From Octopus bimaculoides (Eukaryota): a DNA stretch of 64,000 bases. The notes beneath the pieces were generated by a model. The model was not told the DNA's origin. It did no database searches and saw only the letters and a list, made by a program, of their open reading frames with translations. Below, piece by piece: positions 38,422 through 51,113 of the stretch. Within the stretch, counting starts at the first letter, position 1. Each line of letters begins with the position of its first letter. The position numbers and the translations under genes are program-made. The stretch is from assembly GCF_001194135.2 (NCBI RefSeq), contig NC_068989.1, positions 8,163,886 through 8,227,885 of the forward strand. The letters are read 5' to 3'.

Positions 38422-38482
38422 TTCTAATTAGTAAGATAATCATATTTCTAATTAGTAACATAATCATATTCCTAATTAGTAA
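38422..38482. repeat. 24-bp minisatellite x2.5 with CTAATTAG core
   Basis: ttctaattagtaagataatcatat / ttctaattagtaacataatcatat / tcctaattagtaa. Confidence 0.9.
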
Positions 38483-38972
38483 TACGAAACGTAATGAATT
38501 ATCGAACTTAAATCAATTTTCTTTCAATAATTAACCTCAATGACCAGATTTGATAATTTCGAATTGATTATTTTGTAAGATTTCGTATAAGTGGCCACCT
38601 CTAAGAATCTTTCCGCTCCAGTGAACTTTTCACTCACTTTCACTTTCCTATCTCTAACTGAATCACTAATCCCACGTTATGAGTATATTTTGTCTATATT
38701 TCATGACCCATTACACTCAAAATCCATCTTCCATCTCCCCTGTTCTTGTAATGTCTTCATTATTTTAAATAACATACATACACGCACACACATATATATA
38801 CATATATACATACATATATACATATATACATACATATATATATATATATATACACATATATATATACACATATATATATATATACACACATATATATACA
38901 CACATATATACACATACATATATACATGTATATATATACATATATATACACATATGTATATACAGACACACG

Positions 38973-39010
<38 letters not shown>

Positions 39011-39033
39011 CATACATACACACATACACACAT

Positions 39034-39490
39034 GCGTGGCTGTGTGGTAAAAAAACTTACTTCCCAACCACATTGTTCCGGGTTCAGTCCCACTGCGTGG
39101 CACCTTGGGCAAGAAACTTCTACTACTGCCTCAAGCTAACCAAAGACTTGTGAGTGGAGTTGGTAGACGGAAACTGAAAGAAACCCTCCGTATATGTATA
39201 TATGTATACGTACACACACACAGACATACACATACATTTATATACGTATATGTATATATCTACACACACACATACACATTTTGTGCGCATTTTTGTGTCT
39301 GTTTGTCCCCACCGCCACCACTTGACAACCGGTGTTGGTGTGTTTACGTCCTCGTAACTTAGCGGTTCGGTAAAAATAACGATATGATAATTACCAGGCG
39401 TAAAAAAGAAGTAATGAGTTCGATTTATTTATTCAACTAAGAACTGAAGGTGGTGCCTCAGCGTGGCCACAATCTAATGACTGAAAAACG
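39034..39490 (+). mobile_element. tRNA-derived SINE family A, full length (CORE-like centre)
   Basis: gcgtggctgtgtggtaa (A-box-like), gggttcagtcc (B-box-like), caccttgggcaag (CORE-like), ggtagacggaaactgaaag, internal TA/CA tract, tail gtggccacaatctaatgactgaaa. Confidence 0.9.
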
Positions 39491-39518
39491 ATTATATATC
39501 AATATATACATATATAAC

Positions 39519-39868
39519 TCGACTCCGTCGGGCACGAATGACTATGGGTGCACCTAAGCGGTTCCCTGCCGGGGTACAAATCTGGGCAGAAAGCCGCATC
39601 ACCGGCGAACGTACAACCTAGGATTGTTTTTCTGGAAGACCAGCAGTCGCCCCTGCATACCAGCCTCAACGTCTCCACGCCACCGATATTATCCAAGGGA
39701 AAGGCAAAGGGGCCGATACAGCTTGGCACCAGTGACGTTACAATTCATTTCTACAGCTGAGTGAACTGGATCAACGTGAAATAAAGTGTCTTGCTCAAGA
39801 ACACAACATGCAGCCCGGTCAGGGATTCGAACTTACAACCTCACGATCGTACACTGAGCCATGCGCCT
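39519..39868 (-). mobile_element. SINE family C (tail type Y), full length
   Basis: Reverse complement begins ggcgcatggctcagt...gttcgaatccc...gtgttcttgagcaagacactttatt; tail homologous to 16860-17051. Confidence 0.9.
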
Positions 39869-40126
39869 TCACACACACACACACACACACACACNNNNNN
39901 NNNNNNNNNNNNNNNNNNNNNNNNNNNNNNNNNNNNNNNNNNNNNNNNNNNNNNNNNNNNNNNNNNNNNNNNNNNNNNNNNNNNNNNNNNNNNNNNNNNN
40001 NNNNNNNNNNNNNNNNNNNNNNNNNNNNNNNNNNNNNNNNNNNNNNNNNNNNNNNNNNNNNNNNNNNNNNNNNNNNNNNNNNNNNNNNNNNNNNNNNNNN
40101 NNNNNNNNNNNNNNNNNNNNNNNNNN

Positions 40127-40164
<38 letters not shown>

Positions 40165-40332
40165 TTTTAGCGTTGTATCTTCCTATAAAGAGTAGCTTGT
40201 ATTTTGCATAAAAAGAAGTCAATGGCCCAAGGCACCCTGCGAGACTCATGCAGTTTATCTATATTTATATTATTAATATAAACTATCTGGCTTCTAAGGT
40301 GAAAGTGTGTAATTTGAGAGAAGCGGAACAAA

Positions 40333-40408
40333 AGTTACTTTAGTGCAACTGGTTAGTACGCCTATCATAGATGACAAAGAATTGCAGTTTGAGTCCCGCA
40401 GGTAACCT
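40333..40408 (+). pseudogene. Decayed tRNA-like sequence or orphan SINE head
   Basis: D-arm gtgc-aactggtta-gtac, T-arm-like gcag-tttgagt-cccgc, acceptor-like gttact/ggtaac; no valid anticodon arm. Confidence 0.3.
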
Positions 40409-41191
40409 TCCTCGCACTAACTATGAGTTATAACTTAATATATTACAGGCTGTTATTTATAGACGTATTCACTTCGCGATAATCGTTTAAATAATTTACT
40501 TACATATTTTCGTACCTGCCACACTCGCTTCACTAGGGCATAAGAATAGTTAGAAAACTATTCCACGAAAACGATGGAGAAGAAAGCTATAACAAAATAT
40601 AGTGATGAAAAAATATTCTCACTTGTTTTATACATTTACAAGAAATATCGGGCGACTGTGGAGAAGTGTGAAATTCCTGTATATTTCGTTTCCCAGTTAT
40701 GCCAATTTATCTCTCTTCATAAAAGCGATATCTACTGAAAAATCTGTATTCAGCAGGCAAATGGCCACTGCTGGTTTGATGTGTCACTGGCACGTCCTAT
40801 CGGAAGACGAACTCTTTAATGCTTACCGAACGAGACGTAAACAGATACGCGATAGCTTCACTCATTTAAGAATATTCAATTACTTAGTTTGAGGTATACC
40901 ATATACATTTGCACAGCAATATCACTAATGTTTATAATATATTGATGCTTACAAGCCTATAGACATATACTCCCACAAAGTCAGACATATGCCCGCATAT
41001 ACGTTTATGCACGTACACACACACGTACGCGCGTGCATACGCACATATATGTCTGTATGTGCATATATATGTGTTTACACACATATATGGATATATGTTT
41101 ATATATGTGTATGTATATATTTTATATATATATATCTATATACACATATGCACACACACAATGTACATATAAACATAACATATGTGTGTGT

Positions 41192-41234
<43 letters not shown>

Positions 41235-41247
41235 TACACACACACAG

Positions 41248-41284
<37 letters not shown>

Positions 41285-41298
41285 CATAAATATATATA

Positions 41299-41675
41299 TG
41301 GTGGTTGTCTACTCTTTCTGCAGAGTTTGACCACCTCCTGTACCTCCACCTTAGAACCATCATAGCATCTGATGTGGCTTTTTAAACCAGACAATTTTCT
41401 GAAAAGACACCCAGATAGATTGTACATCCGATTTGGACCACCAAGAGCTCCTGGTAAGTTCTAATCTTTGTGGATCTTAAAATGTCTTTGAGGCCTCCGT
41501 TAGATTTGCAAACCTTCTGGCATACATTGCATTGAAAGGTGTGCACAGACATATAGGCAGAATAGTTAGTGGAGGTTCGTTTTCCATGGGTCCGCAGATG
41601 AGATTTGAGCCCAGCAAAAGACAGGGATGGTCCGTCACAAACGGTGGACACGGAAAGGTCATTGCCATTCACCTT
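41299..41675 (-). pseudogene. 3' end of a probable RTE-clade LINE ORF with three degenerate C2H2-like zinc fingers and a microsatellite tail
   Basis: Minus translation: ..VCDGPSLSFAGLKSHLRTH..FQCNVCQKVCKSNGGLK/RHFKIHKD*..CLFRKLSGLKSHIRC.. with a frameshift and a stop; no TGEKP linkers; ends gtagacaaccac followed by a TA/CA tail (40990-41298). Confidence 0.65.
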
Positions 41676-41789
41676 TTCGATCGTAACATTTTTCCTTAGA
41701 TCTGTTTTGAGTCTTACATGCCGGAAAAACAGAATAGAAAACCAAAAAAATCAATTATATATGTTTATGTGTTTGTGTGTGTGTGCGTG

Positions 41790-42135
41790 CTTAAACACAC
41801 CCACATCTCACACTTCCAGTAATACAGCCGCTACACTTCTTTAGCTCTACACATATACACACATACACATACCACAAAAAGCTATGCACACACCACTCCA
41901 CATGATGTCTACTTCAAAACACGGATAAATTCCTCTACATATACTCAAACATCCGTTTTTTTCTCTCCTTAACTACCCCCAATAGAACTGTTTTCCCACC
42001 TGGATCCTAGCATTTTGCCCTTTTCTTCACACCACTCTCCCTCTTCCTCATGTTCCTACATTATTCTTGTGATGAAGTACAAACGTCAGAAACGTTAACA
42101 CTTTCTCTTTTTAATCTTTAAGCTAATAAAACTTG
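41790..42135 (+). mobile_element. Possible Penelope-like terminal-repeat relic
   Basis: C/A-rich tract ending gtgatgaagtacaaacgtcagaaacgtt..aataaaac; shares exact gataaattcctcta (41924-41937) with 36464-36477, next to the other hammerhead motif. Confidence 0.3.
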
Positions 42136-42659
42136 TCGCTCTTGTGTTGTCATTTTCCCTCTGCATATATATATATATATATGTATGTATGTATGTATGT
42201 ATACACTCAAACAGATATTCACATACATATACATTTACATACATATATCCACATATGCACACACATATACATGCTTACATAGTTCCTATATGCATTATAT
42301 ATAGTTTAAGAACGAGATGGCTATTGAAAATCTGAAATTTTCGATTACATTTTACCATATTTATCAAGCAAGTGAAGTTTGTTTTAATGTTTGTGTCATG
42401 ACCGAACGTATTAATCTTACTTGATAAGTTGTTTCTCAGGCAACATCCATAATATTATAGCAAAAATTGGTAAAAAATGGATACATAATCGGTTAAAGCT
42501 TCATTAGTATTCACATGAAAAAATAATCAAGAAATCGCTGATTAGATTTTATTTGAAAGAATTAATTATTTCATACAAGCAATGTCTATAATCATATTCC
42601 CACTTACATTACAGTAGTTTTCTTCCCACTCAGTTTTAAGGAACGGCAAAGGCCTTTAT

Positions 42660-42850
42660 GTGGTCTCTCAAACTGCTAGTAATAGGCAACAGCTTTCTCT
42701 GAAACGAAATCTATCCTCTTAAAAGCAAGGAAAGCCAAATTGGCTTATGTAGTCCTAAATACATTGCGTCTGAAAATTAGGAAGGTTAGGTGTAGATGTA
42801 ATATTTCACAATTTGTTTTCTTTCTCAGTGTTGACTTGGGAATAAGCAAC
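42660..42850 (+). mobile_element. Repeat family E, diverged
   Basis: aactgctagtaataggcaacagc...aaaagcaaggaaagccaaattggcttatgtagtcctaaatac. Confidence 0.4.
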
Positions 42851-43134
42851 AAATTATTCGGTTTGTAGCTTTCAATATAATTTGTGATTTATATATTGAA
42901 TTTTATTTACTTTTTGGATGGAGTCTATTATAAATTTGCGCGTTGAATGTGATTTATGATCTGCTTGTTGGATGTGTTTTCTTTTTATCAATACAGCGGA
43001 TAGCTTCTGTCTTTTGAGTTGTAGCCTAGCAAACCAGATTAAAGCCGTTCATGATAGAAGAATTCGGATGAGATGCATGGTTATTTCTTCATCCCTCTGG
43101 GTTCTTTTCCTGCAATTATTCGTTCATAAATATT

Positions 43135-43332
43135 AGTTTCAAATAGTTCGAGGTGAGGGGGTAAATTGATTACATCGAGCCCAGTGCTCAGCTGGTAATA
43201 ATTGAATCGACTCCGAGAGGGAAAAGGGTAAAGTCGACTCCGGCGGAATCCGAAATCAAAACGTAAAGACGGACGAAATGTTGCTAAGCATTTTTTCCCG
43301 GCATGCTTACCATTCTCATAGCTCGTCGCGCT
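43135..43332 (-). mobile_element. SINE family B
   Basis: gattacatcgagcccagtgctcagctgg...aaagtcgactccggcggaat...gacggacgaaatgttgctaagc. Confidence 0.85.
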
Positions 43333-43419
43333 CATTCTTTCATGAATATTGAGGATAAGTATCAGCTGTCTCGGAGGAATTGCGAAATGTTGCCTCTCCA
43401 GACGAACTTGAACATGTGA

Positions 43420-43724
43420 TTATGAACCTCGCTTAGCTTCCATGTGGTTTCGGGTTCAACCTACCGTCAACCATACTGCAGGGCACCATGGACAAGTGTT
43501 TTTACTAAAGGCCTGAGCCGACCAATCCTTGTTAGAGAATTTGATAGGTAGAAAGTGTGTGAAGACCTGTTATATAATATTATATATATATATGTATATA
43601 TATATGTATTTATATGTATATATATATGCATATACATATGCATATATATATATTTATATGTATATACTTGGATATCCTTGTTGCTTATTTTTATTCTAAT
43701 CACCTTATTTTGAAATTATATATA

Positions 43725-43773
<49 letters not shown>

Positions 43774-44360
43774 GTATATATATTTCTATGTATATGTATA
43801 TATATATATGTATATGTATATATACATATATACATATATATTTATATATATATATATATAAGTATATGTATATATATACATACATATANNNNNNNNNNNN
43901 NNNNNNNNNNNNNNNNNNNNNNNNNNNNNNNNNNNNNNNNNNNNNNNNNNNNNNNNNNNNNNNNNNNNNNNNNNNNNNNNNNNNNNNNNNNNNNNNNNNN
44001 NNNNNNNNNNNNNNNNNNNNNNNNNNNNNNNNNNNNNNNNNNNNNNNNNNNNNNNNNNNNNNNNNNNNNNNNNNNNNNNNNNNNNNNNNNNNNNNNNNNN
44101 NNNNNNNNNNNNNTATATATATATGTATGTCAGTGTGTATTTGTGCGCGTGTCTGAGTGTATCCTCACCCGTTTCTTGAAAACCAGTGTTGGTTTGTTCA
44201 CGTCCGCCTAGCTTAGCGGTTTAGCAAAAGAGACCAATACAATAAGCGCCAGAGTTGAAAAAAAATATTAGGTACTGGGTCGATTTGTTTGGCTAAACTC
44301 TTCTCGACGGTGCCCCAGTATGGCCGCATTTCAGTGACTGAAACAAGTACGCGATAAAGG
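43420..44360 (+). mobile_element. SINE family A inflated by an internal (TA)n expansion and a gap
   Basis: Head 43420-43570; tail 44130-44360 (ttagcggtttagcaaaagagacc...gacggtgccccagtatggccgc). Confidence 0.7.
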
Positions 44361-44922
44361 TAACATGAGAGCGACCTATCGAATAGGATCCACCTGTCAA
44401 ATATTTTCCTTCTTGATCGCGATCTGATGACTTGATGTAATCTCTCTGCGGATATAATTCGCTCGTAGGATGTGCTTCCACTCTTGACTGCGTGGTGTTT
44501 GTTGCCATATTGCTGTCGGTTTTAATATTCTGTAGGCTGTGGTTTTATCCGTTCGAGTTAATCATTCTCTACATGTGATCTTCGTGTCAAATATAACCCA
44601 TTTGTTTAATGTGTATTTTGCAGATAGATGGGACCTACCTATTCGATGGAAGCGCTCTATTGCGTGTGGTCTGTCGGCTTAGTGGGTTGTGATACATTGT
44701 TTCATGCTAAAGTTTTTGGCTTCAAAACTGTTTAACCTTTAGTAATATTTGTATTCGCTTGTTTTTCTCTATTACTATTTTTATTTTATTTTACTTGTTG
44801 CAGTCTTTTGACTGTGGCCATGCTGGAGCACCACCTTTTTGTAATAACTGGCACTCAGTGTGGACAAGTATGAGCATCAATCTATCTATCTATCTATCTA
44901 TATATCTATCTANNNNNNNNNN

Positions 44923-44968
<46 letters not shown>

Positions 44969-45075
44969 GTACATGATCAAATGTAAATACATGCCCACGC
45001 ACTTACACACACACACACACACACACATACATGCATACAAATATATATGTATGTGTTTTTTTCTATCTATCTACG

Positions 45076-45121
<46 letters not shown>

Positions 45122-45169
45122 AATGTCTGTTTCTCTGCATGTCACTCTCATTATGTGTGTGTGTGTATG

Positions 45170-45268
<99 letters not shown>

Positions 45269-45864
45269 GTGTGTGTGTATGTGAGTGTATGTGTGTGCGT
45301 GCATATAATTTTGATCTGTTTTTGGTCTGTTTTCGCCAGCAAACATAAAAAGTACTCGGTACGAACCTATGCTGGAAGCATATTGAGGCTGATATATATT
45401 TATTTATGTGCGATGCAACTATAGCAAAAATAAAGCCAGCTTTATATGCAATTTAGGGTTAAAGCAGTGATTCTGCTGTACGTTCTTATTTTCCCGATAA
45501 ATTTAATCAGATAACATTTTCTCTAAACGAAGATAACTTCAATGTGTTATCAGTAAAATATTAGTTTTTTGTTGCTGATAATAATATCAAAGCTTCCTCG
45601 GATTACATCGGAGTTTAACCCTTTAATGTTTCAAGATCAGAGATTGAGGGAAGTAGATAAAATCGTTTGAATTTGCAAAGTATAGAACAAACTAAAACGT
45701 GCCACTGGAACATCGCAAATAATTGGCACTTATGGAAAAAACATGGAAGGCTGAAATATTAGGGATAATGTTTTCATCAAGTTATTATTTCGTCAAACAA
45801 AAGCAATGATTTTATGCATAAAACCTCTCAAACACCCACAAGCACGTACATACAAAATTGAACA

Positions 45865-45962
<98 letters not shown>

Positions 45963-47019
45963 ACATATATATATATTACATATATATTATATATATATTA
46001 TATATATAATATATATNNNNNNNNNNNNNNNNNNNNNNNNNNNNNNNNNNNNNNNNNNNNNNNNNNNNNNNNNNNNNNNNNNNNNNNNNNNNNNNNNNNN
46101 NNNNNNNNNNNNNNNNNNNNNNNNNNNNNNNNNNNNNNNNNNNNNNNNNNNNNNNNNNNNNNNNNNNNNNNNNNNNNNNNNNNNNNNNNNNNNNNNNNNN
46201 NNNNNNNNNNNNNNNNNNNNNNNNNNNNNNNNNNNNNNNNNNNNNNNNNNNNNNNNNNNNNNNNNNNNNNNNNNNNNNNNNNNNNNNNNNNNNNNNNNNN
46301 NNNNNNNNNNNNNNNNNNNNNNNNNNNTATATATATATATATATACATACATACAATCTCAAAATATCGACATGTATTTGTTTATATACACACAGATGTA
46401 AACACATTTGAAGATAAAAGTATAATTAATGCGTGTGAATATGTTACTTGTGTGCATATCGGGGAACGTTTCACGTGCAATGAACTTATGCAAGCAAGAA
46501 AACGTAAATTGCCTGAGCTAAATCAGTTTCTCAATGGATTTGGAGTGAGTCAGAAAACTATGAAAATTAATTATAGTCGTATTCGTTTTGCACATTGATA
46601 TAACTCTGAATGTGCGTCTTCTTTGGTCTGTTCGTTGACCAAGAATTGAGATAAGTCGCTTTCAAAGAATCTATCTGAGGTGGAATTATTGGAGTAGAGG
46701 AGTAATCAATTACTATATTTTTAAAAGAAATGGGAGAAGGAATTCAACTACTTGGCATGTTTTCTCCATCCTAACAACATCAGCGATATTTGCAGCTTCC
46801 GAGGTGGAATTATTGGATTCGAAGACTAATCAATTACTATATTTGCCTTTCATCCTTCCGGATTTTGCTCGGACGACATGGTTTTCCCGAGCCACAGCTC
46901 GTAGAGGACGCCTCTCAACCTCTCAGCATTAGTCTGACCATCTGTACGTAAAACTGATGATAGAAGGGACTCCAGCGAACCGGTACGATTCAAAGAGTTT
47001 TCGTAATATAGTAATTTAG

Positions 47020-47176
47020 TTCGTCCAGTGCTCAACAAATTGTTTTTTTGTCGACCCCGGAAGGATGAAAGGCAAAGTCGACCTCGGCAAATTTTGAACT
47101 CAGAACATAAAGTTGAACGAAACGCTGCTAAGCATTTTGCCCGGCGTGCTAACGATTCAGCCAGCTCGCCGTCTTA
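47020..47176 (-). mobile_element. SINE family B, 5' half
   Basis: gtcgaccccggaaggatgaaaggcaaagtcgacctcggc...gcccggcgtgctaacgattcagccagctcgccgtctt. Confidence 0.9.
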
Positions 47177-48055
47177 ACGATGATGACGATGATGATGATA
47201 GAAAATGAAGACGAAAATGAAGTGGACGATGAAAAGAAGTGGAGAAGGGGAGGAGGAGGAGTAGAAGAGAACGAAGAAAGAAGCTGAAGGAGGAGGAGAA
47301 GAAATATCTTAATACAGAATATGGACATTAAGTCTTTAGACGCATGTGAGAATAACGATTCTTTTCATTCGTAAAACATATCTACAAAAGAAACACATAT
47401 ATACACGTACACACACAAAAACACATACCCATGAACACACACACACTCACACATACACACCACACACAGCACGCACAAGACTTAGTGAAGAGAAGATATC
47501 TCTAAAACTGCAACAGGTAACAATACTGTTTGATTTAAGCTTTATCGAAGACATAGATTAAACAAGCAATAAGAACAGAATTATAACACAATTCTTTCAA
47601 AGAAAAAAAAAAAAAGAAAACGAAGATAAGAAGACAAAAAACATGACTTGCATCATAGGAAATTGTCTTTGAAATGCTAGGTTGCACAGCTCTGTTAATC
47701 AATTTGATATTGACAGATTATCGACAAGAAAAGACAGTGAAATATCTCACCAGAGCAGTAGTATTTAGTTAAAAATAAATAAATAAAGAAATAAATAAAT
47801 AAAATAAAAAACAAAAAATAAACTAGAAAAAATCATGACTTACCCCGATTCGATGTATTGAAAAGGTTTAGTCATTCAATGGTACAAAGGACTGGATATT
47901 GTCTCGAGGATATATAATATAACTTATCTATCACCTTTCATCAAAGATTAGCTTTCATCTCACTAACGTTCCATATAGATAGTGGTTCACAACACACACA
48001 CCCGCGCATCCACTACACATCTATTTATATATAATGCACATGAGATATATAATAC

Positions 48056-48125
<70 letters not shown>

Positions 48126-48925
48126 CATATACACAGGACCCCTTCCCCTTCAAAACGATTGCCGCTCATTCAGCTTCGAGAACAATCAAAAGTCACCGGA
48201 AGCAAGTTTTGGACCTTAGGGAGGATAAGGACAGTTCTGATACCCATTTCTGCCAAGCGCTTGATTAACAGGGTATTCGTCGCTGACCACCTTGAGAATA
48301 ATCGTTACACAAATTTTAACGCATGTTAATTTCTTCATTGATAATTCTGTGTACAATTGCCACATTAAACTGTAATGTTTATTGTCTTTATAAATACAAG
48401 ACGGTCTCCATACAGAAAAATGCAAATTTTCTCAACGGAGTCTGATGTTCTGATAAACTCTCTCCCTCCCACACAACTGATCATCTGCCACCTTCTCTCT
48501 ACCATCCTTGACTCTCCTGTGCCAATAAAAAAAGTTAATCTATATCAATGTAGAGCATTGCATAAATTTCTGCCGTGTTTTTGCCCAGTTTAATACAAAG
48601 CTTTATTGCATAGTGAGCTTTGAAATGTCCCGACTCTATTCTGCAAACTAATTATCTGTGTCAAGCAGTATCCAGTAAGGTGTTTACAAAGCGATGTTAC
48701 AGTCGTCTCCTACAGTTTTCAGTGACAAAAGTTGGCAGGTCAGCTTATTAGATGAATAGTAATGATATACTAAACCTACAATAATCTAGGACCATTATAA
48801 CTGTTTCTCCTAAACGAAGTCTTAAAACGTCAGGAATACACCTCCTATATACATGCATGCATACATACATACACACATACATACATATATACTTACCTAC
48901 CTACCTACCGACCTATATATATCAC

Positions 48926-49218
48926 GGACTCTCCCATTGTTAGACGGCATATGAGGGTTCAGCAATTTTTTCCGAACAACCACACAGATGATTTGTTTAT
49001 AATGATCAAATTTTTGTGTTCACATAAGCTTACTCCCTCCATGAAATTGGCATTACCTGTACAGGTGCACCGTGTGTCACATGTCAGATGACGAAATGAT
49101 TGCAGACCAACGTGAAATGAAGTGCTTTGCTCAAGAACACAACGCAACGTCCGGTCTGGGAATCGAACCCACGATCTCACAAGCGAGATTGGAACGCCCT
49201 AACCACTGAGCCATACGC

Positions 49219-49220
<2 letters not shown>
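48926..49220 (-). mobile_element. SINE family C (tail type Z)
   Basis: Reverse complement: tggctcagtggttagg (A box), ggttcgattcc (B box), gcgttgtgttcttgagcaaagcac; 3' part unlike tails X and Y. Confidence 0.88.
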
Positions 49221-49249
<29 letters not shown>

Positions 49250-49559
49250 TATGCGAGTAAAAATAAATACAAAAAAAGGTGGATTTTTTTGTATGATTGT
49301 GTATAGAGGAATATATTATTTTGCTTAAAAGAGTTCCAACACTGTCTGTTTTTTATGTTTTATTTATATTCCTGCAGAACTAATGTGGGGTATAGAATAT
49401 GGAATATACAATATATAATATAATATACAATATATAATATAAAATAAAATAAAAATGGATGGCACCATGAAATAAAGTATTGAATGTAGATGAAATATTG
49501 AGTGTTCAATATAAAGGATCAAATATATAAATATATAAATATAAATATATATATATAAA

Positions 49560-49599
49560 GGCGACTCGAGTTTCAGGGCTATTTCCCTTCGTCATGGCC
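49560..49599 (-). ncRNA. Type I minimal hammerhead-ribozyme-like motif with palindromic helix III
   Basis: Minus strand: GGC-C(A)TGACGA-AGGG aaatag CCCT-GAAA-C TCGA G-TC-GCC. Every element of a minimal hammerhead is present, with one extra A in the CUGANGA box. Confidence 0.65.
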
Positions 49600-49611
49600 G
49601 GTATGACAATC

Positions 49612-49651
<40 letters not shown>

Positions 49652-49720
49652 NNNNNNNNNNNTCCTCTTCAAAACGATGAATGTGTGTGTATAGATATAT
49701 CTTATACACACACATTAACG

Positions 49721-49763
<43 letters not shown>

Positions 49764-50895
49764 GTATGATAAATAATCTCCATTCTAATCAACTTATGAA
49801 TACATGCTGTGGTCATATCGGTTGACCAGAGTAAACATTATTTATCTTTAAAATAAGATAATTCCATTAATAATTATCTTCTATTTCGTTTACGAATTTC
49901 TGTTTAAAAGTGTGTGATACTGTCATTCACACTTTCAGACTCTGCCATCTCTCTTATCCGAGGGAGAGTATATTTCCGTTGTTAAATATAAACAGAGAAT
50001 GGCGGTTAATTTATTTCGATGCGAGCATGTTAACCAGTGACGTTGAGAGATAAAATATTGGATACGGATTTAAATCCAGAAGTGATTCAGAATCTGATTA
50101 TGTAGACGAGTATTTCAAAAAGAATGTCGTTGCCTAGTTGTCTTGAAAGTGGAATAGAGCTAATTTATTTAGTTTTGCAGATTTATGTATGCACTGCAAC
50201 ATGCTTTGAATTTTGTTCGGTAAATATATGAAGTTCGAAGGGAAACGGACAATGATCGTAACTCAGTTGAACTCTGATCTCTCATTAATACGACTTTTCG
50301 ACGGGAAGAAACTATTGATGAGGACGAATAAATAGAATGAGTTGCTTGTTTAATGAACAACAGTCTGTGAGACCAGTTAGATGAATGGATGATCTCTACA
50401 GACAATGTCCGTTACATTATTTGAGATGTTGAAGCAATGTCCAATATAATAGTAAGTTTTCGAATTCTCTTCCATTTTGTTCTTCTCTCGAAACACAAGA
50501 AAATGTGCATAAGTTCCATCTTAATTTATTAAATGTCATTCACCGGATAATTATCATTGAATTTCAATTCTTCTTTCTGTATATTTAACACTGAAACAGT
50601 TATATTATTCATTTCCGTTCTTGTAGTATTTGCAAAAGAAGTACCAATATAAATGTTATAATTAGCCAAGTATTTCTTAAAACTTATTTAAATTTCACAC
50701 GAAAATTTTCTGTTCGTATTGTGCAGTCTTTCTGAACTATTTTCCTTCGTTTTAAACAAAATAAAGATAAGTTTTCATTCGAACAATTCCACATAAATTC
50801 TTGCGGCATACGTTTCATTAGTTACATTAACAATGGTGTTTTTGGATTCATTGGTTTAATAGACTTAGATGTTGCAATCCACGACAATACAATAT

Positions 50896-51113
50896 TAGTG
50901 TCCAAATTTGGCACAAGGCCGGCAAGTTCGGGACAGGTGATAAGTCGATTAAATCGACTCCAGTGTTCGACTGGTATTTATTTTATCGACGCCGAAAGGG
51001 ACGAAAGGCAAAGTCAACCTCCGTGGAATTTGAACTCAGAACATAAAGACAGACGAAATACCGTTAAACATTTCGACCGGCGTGTAAACGTTTCTACCAG
51101 CCCGCCGCCTTTA
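50896..51113 (-). mobile_element. SINE family B, full length
   Basis: tttggcacaaggcc...taagtcgattaaatcgactccagtg...gaatttgaactcagaac...ccgccgcctt. Confidence 0.9.

Noticed and set aside
44378-44647. 10-bp inverted repeat suggesting a MITE, and an acceptor at 44623
   Set aside because: Match length is not significant, no TSD, and all frames close quickly.
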